Shown here: in pieces, positions 58,536 to 64,000 of the stretch
Numbering within the stretch: the stretch's first letter is position 1
Layout: each line of letters opens with the position of its first letter
Assembly: GCA_964476135.1 (NCBI GenBank)
Contig: CAYYYG010000002.1
Span: 8,005 to 72,004, forward strand
Origin: an uncultured Gammaproteobacteria bacterium
Lineage (GTDB): Bacteria; Patescibacteriota; Microgenomatia; UBA1406; GWC2-37-13
DNA length: 64,000 nt
Reading direction: 5' to 3'
Translations under genes and position numbers: made by a program
Notes under the pieces: generated by a model
What the model was told of the DNA's origin: nothing
The model's input: the letters and a program-made list of their open reading frames with translations, nothing else
The model's database searches: none

Positions 58536-59516
58536 TCACACTTTTCCAAACACCCGATTGACTAATATTTCTGCCACCTTAGGAGAATCGTGCCTTAGAA
58601 TACTTCTTGTCAGTTCGTCCGCGGATGATTTTTGAACCTGTGTACGGTCAACGAGATCTTCGCGGATTACAGTACCAAGATATTTTTTATTATCCAGATC
58701 ATCTTCCACGCTATGTTCTCCATGTGAACTATACCATGAAGTGATATTCTCGGGGATTTTCCCATTGTTTATGAGTACTACATCTGGCAAACGGCCTAAA
58801 TAGTGACCAATATCCTCTATATGATCCATGGCGCTGTAATCCGTTGTCTGCCCACTTTTTGTCACCATGTTCATGATGTATACGATTGTCGCTTTACTGT
58901 CGCGGATCTTGGATCTTAAATCATCCACGATCAATACAGGAACTATACTTGTATACAAGTCTCCCGGACCAACGATTATATAATCAGACTCCTCGATTCT
59001 GTTTACCGCCTTTGGATTAGGCTCGACGAGAGGTTCAAGAAATGCTTTAACTATCCTGCTTTTTTCGTTATTACCTTCATCGATATGGGTTTCACCTTTA
59101 ATAACTTTTCCGGATTCATAACGCACGCAAAGATCTGCCTTTCCGAATGTCACCGGCATCACATGGCCTTTGGTTTTCAGAACGTAACTGACAGTTTCAA
59201 TCGCCTCGTCATAATTTTTTGAGACTTTTTCAAGAGCAGATATAAGTATATTGCCGAAATTATGTCCTTTAAGATCACCGTTCTCGAACCGGTATAAAAA
59301 TAGTTCCCGCCAAAGCCCAGTCGCTTCGGAAAGCGCTACAAGACATTGCCGCAAATCTCCCGGTGGCAACACTCCAAGCTGATCGCGTAGCCTACCTGTT
59401 GAGCCGCCGGAATCCATCATCGTGACAATAGCCGCCAGATCAAGATTATAAGATTTAAGACCTGATAGAACCACGAATGTACCGGTACCTCCTCCGATAA
59501 CAGTGATTTTTTTCAT
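58536..59516 (-). CDS. yvcK: YvcK/CofD-family protein (gluconeogenesis factor; cell-envelope morphogenesis)
   Basis: ITVIGGGTGTFVVLSGLK, MDSGGSTGRLRD and PPGDLRQCLVALS. Confidence 0.88.
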   Translation of the reverse strand: MKKITVIGGGTGTFVVLSGLKSYNLDLAAIVTMMDSGGSTGRLRDQLGVLPPGDLRQCLVALSEATGLWRELFLYRFENGDLKGHNFGNILISALEKVSKNYDEAIETVSYVLKTKGHVMPVTFGKADLCVRYESGKVIKGETHIDEGNNEKSRIVKAFLEPLVEPNPKAVNRIEESDYIIVGPGDLYTSIVPVLIVDDLRSKIRDSKATIVYIMNMVTKSGQTTDYSAMDHIEDIGHYLGRLPDVVLINNGKIPENITSWYSSHGEHSVEDDLDNKKYLGTVIREDLVDRTQVQKSSADELTRSILRHDSPKVAEILVNRVFGKV

Positions 59517-59544
59517 AAAATGTATTATACAACACTAATACTCG

Positions 59545-60867
59545 CTAAACTTCAGATATGTCGCCACCAACAGATTTTATCTTGCCGACAAAATCCTCAT
59601 ACCCTCTTTTGATATTCGATACTCCGGTAACTACCGATTCGCCATTTACACATAAGGCCGCAATGGCAAGGGTCGCTCCTGCTCTCAAATCGGAGATAGT
59701 CACGACACCATTATGCAACTTGACTCCGCCGTTTATGCGTATCGCCTGCCGATATGTGTTTTGAGAATTATAGTTAAAATGATAGTAACTTTTCGGATCC
59801 TCCACATCAACATCTACATAGTCTATCGATGCCCCAAGCTTGCAGAGCTCCTCAACGTAACTAAACCTATTTTCAAACAGCCGCTCATGGATAATGGAGT
59901 GACCGTTAGATTGAGTCATTAAGATCGCCCATAGAGGCTGCCAATCAGTCATGAAACCCGGGTAGGGCTCTGTTGTTATGTCGATCGACTTTAACACACC
60001 TTTATAATAAAATTTCCAGACATCTCCCGATATTTGCTCCACTCCCGCCCCGGATTCACGGACTTTATCAATGAAGGCTTTAATATAAGTTTCATTGATG
60101 TGTGAAACGGTAATCTCACCTTTTGTAGCCAGTGCGAGTGCCGCGAATGTGATAGCCTCATTACGATCTGATGCAATTGTGAAGGGATTTTTTTGGATTA
60201 GTTGTGTTTTTTTTATGATAATTTGCCGACCTGACCTCTTTATATCCGCGCCGGATTCGTTAAGAAATGTTATTAAGTTGTCTATTTCCGGTTCTAATGC
60301 CGCATTTTCGATTATCGTACCTTTCTCAGACAATAATCCGGTCAATATGAGCAGCTCGGTTCCGGTATGAGAGGGTTTGGCAAACTCATATTTCCCGCCA
60401 ACAGGTTTGTTTAAGACGGCCTTGTAGTATCCTGTCGCAGATTCATACTGCACATCTATGCCCAGCGATCTCATGCCCTCAACTATGCGGTCGATAGATC
60501 TGGCACCCAGACGACAACCGCCCGGATTCGGAATATACGCTTCTCCAAATTTATGCAAAAGCGGAGCAAATAACATAAAAGAGACTCGAATTTTTGACCC
60601 ATGGAGCAGATCGACTTTATTAATGTTTATACTGCGTCCGTCAACTTTAACAACATTATTTTTTTCAATCTCCACCTTGCCGCCTAGTAATTTTATGAGG
60701 TGAATAAGTTCGAGAACATCATCGATCGCCGGGATGTTTCTTAACTCAACCGGAGAATCGAACATGAGAGCTGCGATTAAGGTCTTAAGAGCGATATTTT
60801 TCGAACCTGACAACTTTATTTGACCGTGAAGCGGTTTGCCGCCTCGTATTATGTATGAATTTTCCAT
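59545..60867 (-). CDS. murA: UDP-N-acetylglucosamine 1-carboxyvinyltransferase
   Basis: GSKNIALK and PGGCRLGARSIDR (catalytic Cys loop). 440 aa. Confidence 0.95.
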   Translation of the reverse strand: MENSYIIRGGKPLHGQIKLSGSKNIALKTLIAALMFDSPVELRNIPAIDDVLELIHLIKLLGGKVEIEKNNVVKVDGRSININKVDLLHGSKIRVSFMLFAPLLHKFGEAYIPNPGGCRLGARSIDRIVEGMRSLGIDVQYESATGYYKAVLNKPVGGKYEFAKPSHTGTELLILTGLLSEKGTIIENAALEPEIDNLITFLNESGADIKRSGRQIIIKKTQLIQKNPFTIASDRNEAITFAALALATKGEITVSHINETYIKAFIDKVRESGAGVEQISGDVWKFYYKGVLKSIDITTEPYPGFMTDWQPLWAILMTQSNGHSIIHERLFENRFSYVEELCKLGASIDYVDVDVEDPKSYYHFNYNSQNTYRQAIRINGGVKLHNGVVTISDLRAGATLAIAALCVNGESVVTGVSNIKRGYEDFVGKIKSVGGDISEV

Positions 60868-60869
60868 AT

Positions 60870-61778
60870 TTATCTGACAATAACTTCCTCTACCAGATCA
60901 ATTCCGTATTTGTCGAGAATACGTTTTTTAATTATACCTGCTAATTTTATTAAATCCGCCGGACTCCCTTTTCCGGTATTCACGATAAAGTTGGCGTGTT
61001 TATCCGAAACTGTGAAGGCTCCAACAGTCAGTCCCTTAAGACCCGCCGAGTCTATAAGGTATCCGGCTGAGGTTGTTTTTAAGCCCAGTTTTTCAGATAT
61101 TTCCGGACTTAAGTTCTTAAAATAACACCCGCTTGTTGCTACACCAATCGGCTGCGTTTTCTTTCTATACTCGAGACTTTCCTGAGCCCGCTTCTTTATT
61201 ATGATCGGATCGGACTTCTTCAGACGAAATTCTGCCCATACCAGCACATCACCCGAATCCTGCAAAAAACTGTATCCGTATTCAAAACGGAAGTACTCGT
61301 GATCGACTTTTTTCAATACACCGTCATTACCGATAAGCATAGCGTGGGTTAGATTGTCGCCGAAATAATTTTTCGGATTTGTCCACTTGGAGTTCATGAC
61401 TATGGCGCCGCCGATGGTGCCGGGCAGGCCGAAATGATATTCTAACCCCTGGTAACCATGCCGTATACAAAAGTCAATTACACTTCCGACTATCGCCCCT
61501 GATCCAATTTTAACAACCACCTCATCTTCTGTTTCCGAAACTATGTTGATATCTGATAACCTATTCCTTATAACAAGACCCTCGTATCGACTTTTCCCGA
61601 AAACAACATTTGAACCGCCTCCCAATATCGTCCAGGGAATATTTCCATCGTGTGCAAATTTTATCGCACTAACCAGTTCAGACTCAGATAGCGCATCGAT
61701 AAAAAATCTTGCGACACATTCCGTGCGCATTGTTGTGTATGCCGATATATTAATATTTTCTTTGACGGCTAGTTTCAT
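60870..61778 (-). CDS. murB: UDP-N-acetylenolpyruvoylglucosamine reductase
   Basis: FAD-binding ILGGGSNVVF and GLEYHFGLPGTIGGA. C-terminal AGYLID..GLKG...VSDKHANFIVN. Confidence 0.92.
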   Translation of the reverse strand: MKLAVKENINISAYTTMRTECVARFFIDALSESELVSAIKFAHDGNIPWTILGGGSNVVFGKSRYEGLVIRNRLSDINIVSETEDEVVVKIGSGAIVGSVIDFCIRHGYQGLEYHFGLPGTIGGAIVMNSKWTNPKNYFGDNLTHAMLIGNDGVLKKVDHEYFRFEYGYSFLQDSGDVLVWAEFRLKKSDPIIIKKRAQESLEYRKKTQPIGVATSGCYFKNLSPEISEKLGLKTTSAGYLIDSAGLKGLTVGAFTVSDKHANFIVNTGKGSPADLIKLAGIIKKRILDKYGIDLVEEVIVR

Positions 61779-63211
61779 TTTGAATTAAATTTCGATTCGA
61801 GAAGCTCAATGACATCTTCCTTCAACTTATAAACATCACCTGCGCCCATTGTAAAAATAATATCTCCTCGTCTCAACTGCGAATCCAATTTGTTTATCAA
61901 ATCTCGCTTTGAAGAATATGCCAGCGTACTGCTGCCGGCTTTAGCTGCGATTTGGATCGATGTGATAGCGCCTTCACTCTGATTTTCTCTTGCCGAGGCA
62001 AATATTGGTGATAAAAAAACCAGATCCGACTCACGAAAAGCCTGTATGAATTCATTTTCGAGCGACTGCGTGCGTGAATAGGTATGCGGTTGAAAGATAA
62101 TTACGATGCGCTTATTCGGAAAGCGCGCTTTTGCGGTGGCTATGGTGGCTTTAATTTCTGATGGGTGGTGTGCGTAATCATCAAAAAGATAACATTCACC
62201 GACTTTTTTTACAAACTCGAAACGCCTTTTTGCGCCCGTAAAATCGGCGATCGCGCCTCTAATTTCTTCAGAACTATAGCCTAAATTAAGAAGCGTAAGA
62301 ATAACAGCCGCAGTATTTGCCACATGTCCACCTCCGAAAAGTTTTATACCGAATTCACCTAACGGTTTGCCTCTATATTCCAGCGACATTAAAGTTGAAC
62401 TTTCACTTATCCCAAATGATATTATTTGAAGGTCTGCAGTTTTTGAAAAACCATAGGTTTCATAATACTTCTTAGGATAAGATCCCGACAAAGACATTAT
62501 ATGAGGATCGTCGGCATTAAGAATTAATTTACCTTCATTACCTTCTGTAGCAATTTTTCTGAAAAATTTGTCAAAGGTATTCTTAGTATCCTCAATATTT
62601 TCATATACATCAGGATGGTCAAAATCAATATTGGTGGCTACAATAAATTTCGGCTCCAGCATTAAGAATTTTGCCCGCTTGTCACGCGGTGGATCTATCG
62701 CATATTCATCAGCCTCAACGACAAAGAATGGCTTAGCGCAATAATCACCGCCACTTACCCCGGAAAAAGACGACGTGCCGACCATATAACTTGGTTGTGC
62801 TCCGAGCCGACTCAATGCATGGGTGATGAAGGCGGAAGTGGTGGTTTTGCCATGCGTACCGCATACGGCAATCGACTTTACAAACTGTTTTAATATTAGA
62901 GCGATGAGTTCCGATTGATGCATTACAGGAATTTTATTGTTCAGCGCCCACATAACCTGCTGATTTTTCTGACCGCCATGCGCTGCCGAATAAACTAAAA
63001 CTTTAGTATCGGTCGGAATTACGCTTGTGTCGAACGAGTTAAATACATGTATAGAATTATCGGCAAGCGTTTTATCGGTTATGAATACTTCCTCGGTGTC
63101 AGACCCGACGACTTTCACGCCCATTTTTTGAAGAATAACTGCCAAATTAGCCATTGCGGCACCTTTTATACCCACGAAAAAAACCGTGCCGACTGGGTTA
63201 AATATTTCCAT
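61775..63211 (-). CDS. murC: UDP-N-acetylmuramate:L-alanine ligase
   Basis: FFVGIKGAAMANLA, GTHGKTTTSA and DDYAHHPSEI. Confidence 0.93.
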   Translation of the reverse strand: MEIFNPVGTVFFVGIKGAAMANLAVILQKMGVKVVGSDTEEVFITDKTLADNSIHVFNSFDTSVIPTDTKVLVYSAAHGGQKNQQVMWALNNKIPVMHQSELIALILKQFVKSIAVCGTHGKTTTSAFITHALSRLGAQPSYMVGTSSFSGVSGGDYCAKPFFVVEADEYAIDPPRDKRAKFLMLEPKFIVATNIDFDHPDVYENIEDTKNTFDKFFRKIATEGNEGKLILNADDPHIMSLSGSYPKKYYETYGFSKTADLQIISFGISESSTLMSLEYRGKPLGEFGIKLFGGGHVANTAAVILTLLNLGYSSEEIRGAIADFTGAKRRFEFVKKVGECYLFDDYAHHPSEIKATIATAKARFPNKRIVIIFQPHTYSRTQSLENEFIQAFRESDLVFLSPIFASARENQSEGAITSIQIAAKAGSSTLAYSSKRDLINKLDSQLRRGDIIFTMGAGDVYKLKEDVIELLESKFNSK

Positions 63212-63230
63212 TTACATTGATTATATCAAA

Positions 63231-63917
63231 TCAGAGTGATCTCAATATAAAATGGAGCATATGCCGGCCACGATCTCCACGCCTGTATGAGTAATATTTA
63301 TCGTGCTGACACGAGGTGCAGCTCACATGACAACCTATATTGTCGGCGGATACTCCGGAGTCTGTTAATTGCAACCAGATAAGCTGCCTTAAATCCAGCC
63401 GCACTTTAGCATCATAAACCGGAAAAATCCGCTCCCTGTAATTTGGATAACGCCGACATATCTGATCGTACCTATCTCCGTAGATGGGGTAACAGCATGG
63501 ACCAATCGATGGACCAATATGTGCCTTCAACTTTTTTAAGTTAGACTTATGTTTAAAGAACTCCATAATCATCTTATCGATTATATTCTCATAACTTCCC
63601 CGCCATCCGCTATGAACAATTCCGGCAATGCCCTGTTCGGAATCATAGAGCATTACAGGTACGCAATCCGCTGTTTTCACAGCCAAAACTATGTTAGGCA
63701 AAGCAGTTATGATACCGTCGAAACCGGACAAATCAGTTTCTGAATCTGACAATTTACTGATAGTTAAGATTTCTACGGAGTGTGTTTGCTTGGCGCTTAT
63801 TAATCTCAGAAAACCATATCCTTTAGATCTTAATTCCCGCTCGATTTTATCTGGAGTATCGGTAAATTTATCTCCAAAGCCGAATACGAAATTACCATCT
63901 ATATATATTCCGCTCAT
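63231..63917 (-). CDS. pgeF: YfiH/PgeF laccase-domain (DUF152) protein, peptidoglycan editing factor family
   Basis: KQTHSVEI, TADCVPVMLYD, GIVHSGWRGS and IGPSIGPCCY. Confidence 0.88.
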   Translation of the reverse strand: MSGIYIDGNFVFGFGDKFTDTPDKIERELRSKGYGFLRLISAKQTHSVEILTISKLSDSETDLSGFDGIITALPNIVLAVKTADCVPVMLYDSEQGIAGIVHSGWRGSYENIIDKMIMEFFKHKSNLKKLKAHIGPSIGPCCYPIYGDRYDQICRRYPNYRERIFPVYDAKVRLDLRQLIWLQLTDSGVSADNIGCHVSCTSCQHDKYYSYRRGDRGRHMLHFILRSL

Positions 63918-64000
63918 AAATTATATTTTGCAGATAGAGCTTTCTTAACTGCCCGCTGCTCATCCCAGGGGTATTCTTTTGCACCGCGGCAGAGGCTTTT
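63914..64000 (-). CDS. 3-prime end of an unidentified CDS (partial; the rest lies beyond the window end)
   Basis: An open frame from 64000 translates to KSLCRGAKEYPWDEQRAVKKALSAKYNL followed by stop. Its TGA overlaps the pgeF ATG (ATGA). Confidence 0.4.
   Translation of the reverse strand, partial: KSLCRGAKEYPWDEQRAVKKALSAKYNL

Noticed and set aside
18007-59516. F420 cofactor biosynthesis inferred from a CofE-like domain (18007-19827) plus a CofD-family protein (58536-59516)
   Set aside because: The CofD-family gene has the YvcK signature and sits in the cell-wall cluster. No cofC, cofG/H or fbiC-like genes are present in the window. The two genes are 40 kb apart and in unrelated operons.

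Overview
Gene-dense (over 90% coding), moderately AT-rich bacterial window. There is no rRNA, CRISPR array, transposase or integrase. Gene content and style suggest an uncultivated Patescibacteria/CPR-like lineage: GatCAB, many membrane-anchored secreted proteins with Pro/Thr linkers and dockerin-like repeats, GT-C enzymes, almost no Shine-Dalgarno sites, and very short intergenic gaps. This taxonomic call is inference only.

Layout:
1. 1-23.1 kb, all minus strand, housekeeping: pyrG (partial), topA, the full F1Fo ATP synthase operon (atpZ-like, B, E, F, short H, A, G, D, C), dnaE, a secreted cohesin/Fn3/dockerin-like protein, gatBAC, cyclophilin, a 606-aa AsnB-like/CofE-like fusion, htpX, lemA, polX.
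2. 23.1-42.4 kb, accessory block bracketed by tRNA-Gly(CCC) and tRNA-Thr(CGU) on one side and tRNA-Val(CAC) on the other. It holds a LysM protein, a small zinc-ribbon ORF, and a roughly 17-kb glycan-assembly island. The island has 6 GT2 domains, 4 GT4 enzymes, a GT2-flippase fusion, an O-antigen-ligase/polymerase-like protein, a DPM1-like plus processive-synthase double-GT2 fusion, two GT-C enzymes and a secreted clan-A-like glycoside hydrolase.
3. 42.5-64 kb: lepB, then on the minus strand a ParB-like HTH protein, rpmA-rplU, rodA, ileS and a large dcw/mur cluster (ftsZ, ftsA, ftsQ-like, murG, orphan membrane ORF, ftsW, murD, PP-loop ORF, mraY, dgkA, yvcK, murA, murB, murC, pgeF).

Best candidates for something new:
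- a PP-loop ATPase-like ORF inserted between mraY and murD, possibly MurL-like or another peptidoglycan-precursor modifying enzyme;
- the AsnB-like/CofE-like fusion;
- the fused-enzyme glycan island;
- a recurrent promoter architecture (TGnTAnnAT located 6-7 nt from ATG) implying widespread leaderless mRNAs, including a CDS whose ATG starts 2 nt after tRNA-Thr.

All functional calls rest on motifs recognised by eye in the supplied translations. No database search was possible.
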